Source: Podarcis filfolensis (lineage: Eukaryota). From it: DNA of 64,000 nt. Below, in pieces: positions 1-50,200 of this stretch. Position numbers and translations under genes: made by a program. The notes below the pieces were generated by a model. The model searched no databases, was not told the DNA's origin, and saw only the letters and a program-made list of their open reading frames with translations. The DNA is taken from the NCBI GenBank assembly GCA_964270895.1, contig OZ185439.1, one strand, 5' to 3'. Position 1 is the first letter of the stretch. Each line of letters opens with the position of its first letter.

Positions 1-37
1 AAGAGCACCCCCTGACTATGAACCTGTTCCTTTAGAG

Positions 38-173
38 CAGTGGTGGCCAAACTTTGCCCTCCAGCTGTTTTTGGACTACAACTCCCGTCATCCCTAGTTA
101 AAAGGACCAGTGGTCAGGGGTGATGGGAACTGTAGTCCCAAAACAGCTGGAGGGCCAAGTTTAGCCACCACTG
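38..173. mobile_element. Palindromic non-autonomous hAT-type MITE (136 bp), intact
   Basis: Near-perfect ~58-bp inverted arms (cagtggtggccaaactt...ggactacaactccc / gggaactgtagtcc...aagtttagccaccactg); perfect 8-bp TSD ctttagag at 30-37 and 174-181. Confidence 0.9.
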
Positions 174-795
174 CTTTAGAGGGAGTAGAACCCCTCCCAG
201 TGCAGGTAATTGACCAGTTTTCCAGAACCACACCCATAGAGCCTTTATCTTGCCCAGATTCAAGCTCAGTGTATTGACCCCACCACTGAGTCCAGTCATT
301 AATCTAGGGCCTGCATAGCCTCTCCCAATTCAGATGTTGTGGAGAAATAGAGCTCACTAGGGGACACAGGTATCTGGCTCCATGCATCTCACACTGAGTA
401 CTACCTCCAACTTGACCATAATGACCCTGGGTAGCAGCCATTGGTTGCAACAGTACAGCAGCAGCAGTAAACTCCCCTCCCAAAAAACAACTTTCACTGT
501 AAATATTTAAGCATAGGCTACACAGGTTCATGTCAAAGATTCAATATCCCCCATAGATTATAATTTTTATTAAATGTCTTCTCCAAACTGAAATAACCCA
601 AGCAAAGTAAGTGTGTGTGTGTGTAGAGACAGGAAGAGAGGGGAAGGTGGGGTTCTATTTATATCAAGGATATTGGATACTGCCCCACCCAGTTCATGGG
701 TTTATTACAAGGAAGACAGGTACTTGGGGAACCATCGGTGCCCTAAGATTAGTGGGTGGAATGAAGCTGGCTGCAGCATATTATACTCTTTATGA

Positions 796-926
796 CAGGT
801 GGGAAGGTTGTAGTCTTCCAGATACTGCTAGATTCCAATTCCTTGCCATCACTGACCATTGACTGTGCTACCAGGAGCTGATGGGAACCCAAGGACACTT
901 GGAATACCACAGGTCTCCTTCCCCTG
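796..926. mobile_element. Degenerate copy of the palindromic MITE family
   Basis: ccagat...ttcc...tcactgaccattg...gctgatgggaa...cccctg layout. Confidence 0.55.
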
Positions 927-1541
927 CTTTAAAGGCATGTTTCCTTTCCACGAAGGAACTCTGATTAGTTGACAGCTCCTTTGAAGCAGGCCTAAAATTC
1001 AGCACAATTTGTGTCTCTCAAGTCCTGGGGAGTTTTTCCTCTCTAGAAGGAACCTATCTCCTTCCTTCCTTCCCTTTTCTTCCCCACCCCTCTGCTTTCC
1101 CTGCCTTAAACCTCTAATCCTCTTTGTCTTTGCTTGTCCTCTTTTCTGTCCCTTTTGCCCCACTGTTACTCAGCAGCAGGACCTTGGACGAATTACAGCA
1201 CCCAGGGTACTAGTTGTCTAGTCTCTCCTGCCAGAGGTCCTTTTCCTAGTTTCCTTCTTGCACCAGCACCGCCCCCTCCCCTCCCTTCAGCCATGGGAGA
1301 TGACAGAACGAGAGGTACGCTATGCTAGCGCTCACTAACTCACTACACTTTCGCTTCACTGCTCAGCACAGGAACTCTGTTCTAAGCACGCTGAATTCCC
1401 CCTCTCTGTCCGGCTGGCCATGGCTGCCTTTCTTTAGTTTTGCTTTGCAGCACCATGTTGTGATGTGAGCGGTGAACTGTGGTCCCAGCTACCATCGGCT
1501 ATGGAGTATGTTTGGAGAAGCTCGTGCGTGAGGCGCAGTGA

Positions 1542-39853
<38,312 letters not shown>

Positions 39854-42800
39854 CCTAAAGGGCCGCCCATCTCATCAAACCAAGTGAAATAATGGGTGCT
39901 GTTTGACGGTCCCCATTTTAAATTTGGATCTCTTCTGTCATTCATCCCGCCAGATGCCTGCACCACAGAGCGATCCATCTCAAGTTACAGTTTCATTGGC
40001 CAAATTCATTTCTGTTGTAACTTTAGAAGCCTGGTACACCCTGGAATCCTTGTGCACATGTGATCTTCCGCCCATCTCTTTACTGGGTGACCTAGGTGAC
40101 ATATGACCACCAACAAAGCAAGAGTCTTTTTTAAAAAATTATAATGATTTAATTTTTAAAGCAACTGTTCAATTTAAGGAGAAAGGAATCTGTAAAAGTG
40201 TGAACATTATAAAACATGTTACTCAAAGGAGATAAAAGTGATAGGATTGTGTTCAGCTAATTCATAACTTATTGACATTTTACTTGATAGAGCAAGAAAG
40301 AGTAGGATGAGATTATATTTATAAAGTATTTATTTCTATTTACTTCACTGAAAAATGTACATTCTGTTTATCATGTGGTGTTGTTTTTTTCCACCTACGC
40401 ACATACATTATGCTGCATCTCATTTCTGCTAAAAGAAAAGATGTGGAAGTGAGTCAGTGTAGTGATGGGAGAGGGCCCTGTCAGCTTTTTCTGTGAGCCT
40501 ATCTTGGTTTTCTTTCAAATACTGTGCTTGCTGCCTAGCAGGTTTCTTCTTCTTTTCAGTCACCTAGCCAATGTTTGTTTTGTTCAACTAAGGGCCGAAC
40601 TACATGTTACATGCAAATATGTATAACATTCCCCCAATCTTCTTTATATAATGAAAACTAGCTTCAGGAGACTGTGATTAGAAGTGAAGGAATAGCAGTG
40701 AGGCTTGTGGTGAAGCATGTACCGAATTTTTCCCATTGTATTTTTTCTTCTCTAAACAGCCTCTTCCAGATGCCCATTTTGAGCAGAAGGAATAGCTGGT
40801 AGGGAAGGGATTAAACGACCTCTCCATTAGCATTATTTGTTCCCATGAGCAACCCCCCAAGGTTGCTTTTCATTTAAAGAAACAGTCAACACCCCCTCCC
40901 CAATCTATTAGTGGGATGCTACACGCATCTGCATGTAACATTGAAATTGACCTTCAATCTTAATAGGGATGTTTTGTTGGAGGTGAGTTCATGTTTTCCC
41001 AAGAAAGGAATGGTGGGAGGGGGATTTGCTTCACCCTTTCCCCATCGGCAATTATTCATGGCATCGGATGAACAGGTTGGGCCACTTTATCACCATTCTG
41101 GTTGCAGGCAGTGTTCAGTAAGTTCCTGTGACACTCACACAACCACATCCTACACAGCAGTTGAAATAGTAACAGTTGCACTATCTGAGAGAAGAATTGC
41201 ATCTTCCAAGGTACTTAATAAAAAACTCTCACAGTATTTAGGAAACACTTGGGAGAAATACAATATCTGCTCAGCAGAAGTGCATCTTCAAGGGACAACC
41301 CCTGGGCTTCCCAGAATAAGTGAAAAACTACTGTATGTTTATTACACTCAAAACTGATTGTCTGGAAATACCCATTGTCATTTTCTTTTAAGGGAAAAGT
41401 AGGTTTGAAATAGATTACTTTATGTAGCAAGACTGATAGGACCCTTGTATAAGATTGGAACAGTGTGTTATAAAAGAGACCTCTTTTCACTCTTGTATCT
41501 AGTGATATGTTAAAAGTCTCCTTCAAAAATACACCTGCATCTTAATTATTTCTGGTAAAACAAATAGTCAATTTTATTTCAAATTTGGGTAAGACAGAGT
41601 AAAACAAATAATAGTTTTTTGGCACTAATCAATTAAGCATGACTCATATCTGATTTTAAGCATCTCCTGTTAACTCTTTATATATAGGATCCTATTTTAC
41701 AGCCTACTCAAATCAATATGTGGTAGTTAATCCCCATGATTTACATTCCCTTTATGCATAAACAGCAAAATTAAATACCCTTGGTGGCAACTTTGATTCA
41801 TTTTAACTTCCCAGCCTAAGTCTAATTATTATATAATTAAAATCCGTAACTGATTCTCTGTTTCTAATCAGTGGTGATTATTACTCTCTTATCAGTGTCT
41901 GATCTAGTAGAAGCCTTTCAACAACAAAATTTGCAGTCAGACAGCAAGCAACTAATGAATTTCTCTGAAATGTCCTGAGTGATTGTCATGCTGTAAGTTC
42001 AAAGCTACCTTGGGCTATGTTGAAGAAATCATCTGAACTTGTTTTAAAAAAGAACAGGACAAGTACAGCTCTGAACATGTTTCTTGGAAGTAAGTCTTTC
42101 AGTGTTCAGTGGCGCTTACTCCCAAGTAATTATGCACAGGATTGAAGGCTGTCCTAGAACAAGGAAGTCATATATAGGATCACAACACTTATCTTTCATA
42201 CAAAAACACAACTTTAAAAATATTTTACTTCATTTATGTCCATATCAAATTGTCAAGAGATTTAATTATGTTAGTGGCAATGGATGAAGAAGTTGTGTCA
42301 GTACCTTCCTTGTCCATACAATCAAGAGATGCAAAAATGTATATGTAACCTTGCCTTGTGAATGAAGAAGTAGAGCTTGGAAGAGCTGCATTTTATGGGG
42401 AGTGATAGATTGATAAGAGGCATGGCTTAGGTCAGCCAACCTGAAGACCATGTTCCTGACAGTGTGAATATTGGGCTACAGTCTGGTCTTGCTCAAGCGT
42501 TCCATGTTTCTGGGGCCAGCAAACCTGCAGACAACATGACTGACTTGAGTTAGGGATCAAAGGCTTGACCCAAAGCCCCTAAAAATGAAAGGCAATGTTT
42601 GAATCAGGGCTTAAATGCAATGACACACACACAAAAAAAAAGAATTGTGAACTCAACAAATTGACAATAGCTTAATGGAGATCATCCAGTCTCCAGCTAG
42701 CATGGATATCCTGAAAGGATTTGTTTGTTTAGTACTTTGGTTGGAATATTAAACAGAGATCTAATGGTCCATCATAGTGTTATTTAGATAACCCAGCATA

Positions 42801-43970
42801 TCATTATGTTTGGCGTATTTTCTGCTGGTTATGGCTTTATCCATTGCCAAAATGTCAAGCCACGTTGATATAGTTATCAACCACTCTTCAGACAAAATGA
42901 GAAGAGTCTCCACTGATTTACTGTCATTTTACTTAATTTGAGATGTAAAGATTTTTGAATGATCCTTTTATTAATTGTTTAATTTCAAGTATCATCTAGA
43001 CCTTTGTTAGGGGGCAAAAAACAGCATTTCTGAATAAAGCATATTTTGGAAAGTCCTGCAGGAAAAGGAACCTATTAAATGAAGCATAAAATACTGACAG
43101 GATGGACTTCCATCTCTGCTCTGTTTCACACAACCATATCATTATAATTATCTCAAGGTGGAGGCTGGTGAGAGAAAATAATGTTATACAAGAAAAATAA
43201 TTTCAGATTATGTCATACTTATCCTATTCCATAGATTATATATTGGTTAGAGACTGGTCTTCAGTAACTGTAAAAGCCAGCGTTATTTTGTTCACATAAA
43301 ACTCTTTCCCATTCCAATAAATTATTGGGGAATAAGGAGCTCACCTAAAGTATCAAATGCTCTCTGAACTGCCCTTCAGTAGGGGGATAGCAGAGCCCAG
43401 TATAAGTAGTCTTATAAATTATCAAGGAGCAACAGGAAAGCAGAGAGACAAGTAAAAGCAGCACAATTAGCTAATAACTGTGGGCCTAAGAGGCAATTGC
43501 TTATCCATATGGTAACATGCAAAAGTGACAACACAAGATGTATAACTCTCTAATATGCTCTTACCGTTTCTTTCTGTTGTGTGTTCAATGAACTGTAGGG
43601 AAGATCACTATCATTCATGAGCTGTGACTCAATATCAAGAACTTACTGTATAAAAATGAAGGTTGTGGTTACTTTTTATTTTTTATTAATCTTATTTTGC
43701 CTGTGCTTCCATTATCTAGTTTGTCCAAATGAGTTCTTCCTGTGACATCATCTCCAAATGCTGGGAGACCATTTCTCTTGCTTTGTATATATGTGATTGC
43801 TGTGGGCACACCCTGTACCACTGTATAAATAACAATACTGAAGTAATCGAGTCTAGTTTTCTTGATGTCTTAAAGCTATTGAGTGTTGGAAATTAGGGTC
43901 TTCAACTGTTTGTGTACACTTAAGGCATTGTTCAGTTAAAGAAATAAATGTGGCATTTATGCAAATAGTG
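39854..43970 (+). other. KIF1A: KIF1A 3' UTR (about 4.1 kb; end approximate)
   Basis: AT-rich sequence after the stop with no recognisable repeats, up to AATAAA at 43943; other AATAAA near 43032 and 43315 could give shorter UTRs. Confidence 0.6.
43943..43948 (+). terminator. Putative KIF1A polyadenylation signal
   Basis: AATAAA followed ~25-45 nt later by U/GU-rich ctctgttcttgacctctggcttgttctctt. Confidence 0.6.
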
Positions 43971-44582
43971 GACACTCTGTTCTTGACCTCTGGCTTGTTC
44001 TCTTAACCAAATGTTGTATTGTTTCATCAAAACAAAGCATTCTTTTTTTGGGGGGGGGATTTCAATTCAGAAGTAAACAAATATGGAAAGTACTATTTTC
44101 CCAGTTGTACGAGAGAGCTTTCCTTTAAATATTCTGTGTCTATAACGTTGATGGCCAGTTGGTGTCCATGCCCTGCAGTCCACATGCCAGGTGAGAAAGG
44201 TGCTCTTCTTATGCACAGAAGACAATTTTATCTTACCCTAAGCAGCCCCACCAAATTTTATCAAAGGTACACACTTTTTTTAACCTTCAAATTGCTTTCA
44301 GAAGTTATGAGAGTCATATTCTACACATTGGTGTTATTTTAAAGATGTCCAACGATCTCCAACATGGCTTACAACTTATTAACACAACATATGACTCGCC
44401 ATTCCAAAGCAGTTAAGACAATAATTTATTTTATTTATAACACTTCCATTGTGTCGTTCACCCATGGTCAGCAAATGCACAAGCAGCACAATTATATATT
44501 ATATAGACCATCTTAAAAGAGGGGGGAGAGAAAGAATGATATTATACTGTTAAAAATTGGGGCAAAGTAACTTTAAAACTAA

Positions 44583-44928
44583 GGGATGCGGGTGGCGCTG
44601 TGGGTTAAACCACAGAGCCTAGGGCTTGCCGATCAGAAGGTCGGCGGTTTGAATCCCTATGACGGGGTGAGCTCCTGTTGTTCAGTCCCTGCTCCTGCCC
44701 ACCTAGCAGTTCAAAAGCACGTCAAACTGCAAGTAGATAAATAGGTACTGCTCCGGCGGGAAGGTAAACGGTGTTTCCATGCGCTGCTCTGGTTTGCCAG
44801 AAGCAGCTTAGTCATGATGGCCACATGACCCGGAAGCTGTACGCCGGCTCCCTCGGCCAGTAAAGCGAGATGAGCGCCGCAACCCCAGAGTCGGCTACGA
44901 CTGGACCTAATGGTCCCTTTACCTTTAC
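44583..44928 (+). mobile_element. Sauria SINE
   Basis: Full head, core and cctttacctttac tail; 13-bp TSD taactttaaaact at 44568-44580 and 44929-44941. Confidence 0.92.
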
Positions 44929-45184
44929 TAACTTTAAAACTGGCACTTAACATTAATGTGGTCTCTCCTAGTTCCTGGCTATGTACTATGTGACCCAATG
45001 TGGGTCAGAGCAAGCCTGGAAGATGTAGGATGACAGGGAGATGAAAGAAAGGAAAGACCGCTAACTAGGGCAAAAGGAGAACAGAAAGCATGGGGGTTAT
45101 CAGAGCAGTTGTGGCCTGATGAATACTTACCTCTTTCAACATGCTTTTTAAGTTGAGATCTTTCAGAGTCTGCATCTGTGTTGG

Positions 45185-45285
45185 AATTGTTTTAAATATG
45201 TTACTGTTTTGTTGCTTGTTGTTTGCCACCCTGGGCTCCTTTGGAAGGAAGGGCAGGAAATAAATTTAATAATAAATAAATAAAA
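45185..45285 (+). mobile_element. LINE (L2-like) 3' end
   Basis: gccaccctgggctcctttggaaggaagggcaggaaataaat plus (TAAA)n. Confidence 0.5.
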
Positions 45286-45895
45286 GCACATGCTCTACCA
45301 CTGAGCCTATGGACCACTTTGTCAATATTAAATACCCCTCCAACCCAACATCACAGGACACCATTCCTTGCAGCCTATGGCACCTCTGGATAAGCTGAAA
45401 GACATAACGAGCAAATATTTTTTCTAACCATAATTCACTTAATGTAGGGTAGGTGGAGAGTTGCAAAAGAGGACAGGGCTCTGTTAGAGTAGACCAAAGA
45501 TCCGTCTTATTCAGAATTCTTTTCTGACAGTGGCCAACTAGGTGATACAAGAGCTACTTCAATTCCCTCTTCTACACAACTACTAAAGGTGCAGTAGCAA
45601 TGTCTTATTTTGCCTCTACCTGCCCGGCTAGAGCAAGGATGGGCAAAAGGTAGATCGGAATCAACTGACCGATCTCTGTGGGAGAGAATTCCAGTTCATC
45701 AGCAAAGATTTTGAGTCTCGATCGGTCAGAACCAAAATGGGCTTCCCCCCTTCTCAGTTAGGTTGCTGAGATTCCCGTTTACTCCGCATCCTGTGCTCCT
45801 CCACCATTAGGGGCCTTGTCTACACTTCTCTTTGCCTTGTCCTGTGCTTAGAAAGCACACTTTCCCACTTGCCTCGTGCTTTTTAGGCACTGATC

Positions 45896-45985
45896 CATAG
45901 CTGTCAACGTTTCCCTTTTTTAAAGGGAAATTCCCTTATTCCGAATAGGATTGCTCGCAAGAAAAGGGAAAAGTTGACAGCTATG
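45896..45985. mobile_element. 90-bp hAT-type MITE
   Basis: TIR catagctgtcaac.tttcccttt / aaagggaaa.gttgacagctatg; 8-bp TSD cactgatc / ctctgatc (7 of 8 match). Confidence 0.85.
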
Positions 45986-46149
45986 CTCTGATCCCAGCGG
46001 CTATGCCTTTGCTGCCACCCCGCCAAAAAAACATAACACTCGCTTTTTATCGTTAAATCAAGTCTCATATCATCCACACTTCCTCTTGCCCTGCAGCACG
46101 CTCAGGCATCATCTAGTGGCAGCTTCATATTGTTACAAAGAAGTAACCA

Positions 46150-47230
46150 AGCCATCCCTGCGGCGGGGGGAGGAGTTGTTTCAAAGCACACCTGTGGAGC
46201 ATCATTAATTTGACCTACACGGCCGTGTCTCTCTTAGAAAGCTAACATGAGGGGCAAGATCCCCCGCCCCGCAGAACCCTCGTCCTCTTGGTGCCCCGTC
46301 AATATTTTTCCGCCTCCCGCTATTGCAAAAAGCATCTCACTGCCGGGAAGCAAAGTAGCAGAACGCGGCGCGTCATCAGAGCGTTCGAAAGAAAAACTGG
46401 CGGGCCCGCCCCTAAGGATGATTGGCAGGCGCCAACTCCTCCTTGATCCCTGAGCCATAGGAATAACGGAGCCTGACTTACAACCTTCTAGTCCCGCCCT
46501 CCAGAGCGGCTGGCCTATGAAAAGGCCCGCGTTTCTTTTGGTTGTTTTTTGGCGAGGGTGCTTTAGCCACGCCCCTCTAAAGGAGCGATTAGCCGAGGGA
46601 GGCGAGCAGCCAATGAGAGCTCCGCCTCACGGCGGTGATTGGCATCCAGGTGGGCCTTTGCGAGTGGAGGAGGAAGAGGAGGTCGCCGCGGCTCGGGCCG
46701 GCCGCCGCCGAGTGCGAGGCTGGATGGATCTGTTCGGGGACCTTCCCGAGGCGGCCCCTTCGGCAGCTGTGGAGGCGGTGGCAGGTAAGCGCCCCGGGCG
46801 CCCTTCGGGGCCTGGACTCCGCCGTCCGGTTTGGGGGGAAAGGAGCCTTCGGCTGTCGGCCTCAGTCCCCGGGAGCCGCAGGAGCCGGGCTGGACCTTAG
46901 CCGCCCGCCTTCCCTTCCCGGAGCCTTGAATTCGCCTCATTTCTTGGCGGGGAAGGGAAGGCGCCGCCTGCACTCGGGGCCACCTGCGCAGCCATGGTCC
47001 CTTCGAAGAGCGGCCAAGGCCCCAGGTGGGTGCAGGCACGGGCTGTGCTGTTTTTTTCATGCCCAGGATTAGCCCCGCTTTGCTAAGCACGGTGCAGCAC
47101 GCATGCGCGTGTGAACTCGTACACGGATGCACGCGTCGCGTATTGACACCGGGATGCGCGCACGCGCGTCCTTTCCTTGGGTGAAAGCCCTAGCGCGCAC
47201 TCACACATACACACGCATGGGTAACGGCTT
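46150..47230. promoter_or_regulatory. CpG island / TATA-less ILKAP promoter with CCAAT and GC boxes
   Basis: Sharp CpG enrichment around exon 1; ATTGG 46421-46425, CCAAT 46610-46614, ATTGG 46638-46642; GC/KLF boxes near 46402, 46492 and 46567; CGTCA near 46371; NRF1-like GCATGCGC at 47101. Confidence 0.85.
46724..46784 (+). CDS. ILKAP: ILKAP exon 1 [20 protein letters not shown](G)
   Basis: ATG 46724; donor cag|gtaagc. Confidence 0.93.
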
Positions 47231-50200
47231 CCGAGGTACTGTAGGTATTGCTGCTGCTGCTTCCGTGACTTTCCAGTACTGTATTGTTTTGACTGTTAGC
47301 TGCTAGGAAGGGAGGAGGAGCAACTGATTCTGCCCCCAGGAGATTTACACTTTGAATGATTATTTTTTTAAAAAGAAAGAAAGAAGTCGTCAATCTGTCC
47401 CTTGTAGTCACATGTTCTCTAATTGATGTCTGTTGTTGTTGCTCTTTTTTTCAGGGAAAGAAGGGCAGAAAGGAATTTTGCTTTTTGATGAACTTCCGTC
47501 AGTCAGCAGCACTGACTTTGGTATGATTCTTGTATACATCATGTCTTTTGCTGACTAGCATGGTCATCTCCTTTTTCTCCTTTTGTTTTGTTCGTTAGGC
47601 CCTTATGTAGTGATGTGCCCTCCTTATGCCTCAGGGGAAGACTAGCAGGCACTCTTAATCCTCTTCATGTATGTAACTTGCTTTGAGAAAAGCAGGACAC
47701 CATTGCTCCTTGATTAACGTTTTTCTTTATGGCAGTTCATTAAGCCATATGTACTCTTTGTCCCAGCCCCAACTTACTACATTTACGTCGAAACTCCATC
47801 ACAAAGTGGGCCTTTACTCCTGGGCAAGAAGTTGTGTTTATTATTTATTAATGTGCATTCATTACTTGCTATGTAAAATGTCTCCAAGTGACTTTCAGTT
47901 GTAAAAAAAAACATACAAATACATAGGTTAAAACATAAAAAAGAATAAACAGCTATTTACTCAAAAGTGCTCATCCTGCAATATTATAGAAAAAAACAAA
48001 TCCTACCCTGGCTCACTAAAAGCTTGAACACCACAACACACTAGGGCAGGGCCTTTGATCCTCCAGATGTTGCTGAACTACATCTTCTGTGAGCCCCAGA
48101 CAGATGGTGGGCATTTTAGTTCAGTAATGCCTGGAGGCTAAAAGTTTCCCAAAATGTGGGTAGGGTATCATCATATATGGTCCCCACTAAGAACCAAATG
48201 CCTGAGTAAACAGGAACATTTTTGACTGGCACTTAAAAGTGAATAATGATGGATATAGTTGCTGCTTCTGGCTGGGGGAGTTCTCTGACTCAAGGTGCCT
48301 GTAGGATTGGGAAGATGCTGTGCTAATGTCCCAACTGTGATTTACCCCTTGTCTGAATCCTGTCTCTTTGTTTAGCATGGGCGCCATTCCTGTAGCACAG
48401 GGCCTTGGCCATCCAAGCCTGCATTTGTAATGTGTAGCTACATGCCTAAGTTTACTTTTGTTCTTCAGCTTGCTACACAAGCAGCATTTCTACATCGCAC
48501 TCAGGTTTAATGGTAGAGTGATTACAGAGACATTGCTGATAATACAAAGGCTGGTTGCTGTAGAACAGACATTTTAGCTAGGCAGTGCTGTTTTATAGAT
48601 TGTGTGTTCTTTATGAAACTGAGAAATCTGTTTGCTCTGGGACCTGGATTCTGGACACATGTTTCCTTGTGTTTTAGGAACTGGAGGCTCTTTGCTTTTT
48701 GACGACCTCCCACCTGCCAGCAGCGGAAACTCAGGTGAGCAGTAGTCTCAAGATTTCTGTTTTGCTGTTGATTGCACTGCTGTAATAGGATCACACCTGA
48801 GAATGAAACATGCTTGAGTGCTTCAGAAGTTGGTTAACTGAAGGGCTTCATCAAATGGTCACAGGTGAACATTTTCAGGCTCAAAAGTAGTGGTTTGAAG
48901 GAGGTGGAGTGTTCCCTCCACACCACACCCTCTTTGTCTCTTCAGCTCTTGTTGTTCACTTCCCAGCTGGCAACTGTTTTGGTACCATCTTTTATTGCTT
49001 TTGATACTAGAGCTTCCTCTAGCTAGGATTATATAAAGGAGAAATCAAGGGTAGTGTAGCCAGTGTTACAGCATAATTACAGCATAATTTGGCCCATCTC
49101 ATCTGGCTGCATAATCCCAGCCAGTCAGGGATTGTGTACTCTGTCACAGTATCACTTGAGTAAATGACTTGGATAAATAAAATAACTGACCAACATTTTG
49201 TTCCTCAGCCTCACATCCTGCAGAGCAAGTTTCTCTTCCCGTGAGCCATGGGAAGGGAGAGAAGAGGAAATCCGCAGAGGGAGAGAAGAATGGGAGTGAA
49301 GAACTTGTGGAAAAGAAAGTTTGTAAAGGTTTTCAGACACTCTGAAGCCACATATTTTCTATTCTACCGCTGCCTTAAATTAGGGCAAAAGTGAGATTGT
49401 TTCCTGTTGTGATCATTTTTAGGAATGAGCAGGGGAGGAGTATAAGATGCTCATGAGCAAATGTCTCACCTCTGCAGTTTCCTGCTTTTAAGGGTATTCT
49501 TGTTTCCTTGCAGACACTGTTGTGTCTGTATTATATCGGTAAGCCATGTTTCCTCCAAGGAGTGAAGGACAATGTATGTGTCTGTTACCCCCTCTTCTCC
49601 TCAGAACAACTTTGTGAGAGAGGCTGGTGGTGGTAGCTTTTTCATGACAATTCTGGGTTGCTTTTCAGGCAGCTGAGTCCTCAATGTGGCTCACAATAAC
49701 AAGGTGCTGTGCACAATTCAAAACAAGAATTGCCTAATAAGATGAACGAGGATCTGAAGACAGGCCTGTGTCCATGTCTCTTTATCCACTGCCACGAAAG
49801 CTTTTTTTCTTGGTGCTCTTTGCAACATGGCCTAACTGCTGCCATGCCATACAGCCTCCATCTGTTTCCTCATCTGCCTCGGGTAGGAGGCTTCTTAGAT
49901 TATCCAAGCTAACCTAGAGTGTAGAAGCAAAAACATCTTTCGATCTCCCAACTGAATTGTAATGTGGCAACAGTGGCATGACGTGAGTCACATCTGCTTC
50001 TGTTCACATCAACTGCATTTGTAGAAATCCCAGAAGTGTACCATGTTGACGTATTCTCTGGTGCACCTGATCAAGCTATAGCTGTTCAGTCTAGTGCTGT
50101 GGCTAACACAGTAATGCCACAAGGTTTAAAAATTAAGAATATTCAGAGGGTTCTAACCCCAGTTGAACAGCTTTTTCGTATTAGAATGTATTCTGCCAGC

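Noticed and set aside
40911-41357. 148-aa ORF
   Set aside because: Lies in the KIF1A 3' UTR, starts at a non-ATG codon and has no domain signature.
45630-45790. hAT-like left end (caaggatgggcaaaaggtagatc)
   Set aside because: No matching right TIR or TSD found, so it is not listed as a feature.
46563-47132. 189-aa minus-strand ORF and overlapping 127- and 145-aa plus-strand ORFs
   Set aside because: By-product of the GC-rich CpG island (few stop codons); Pro/Arg/Gly-rich with no recognisable domain. Only 46724-46784 is real coding sequence.
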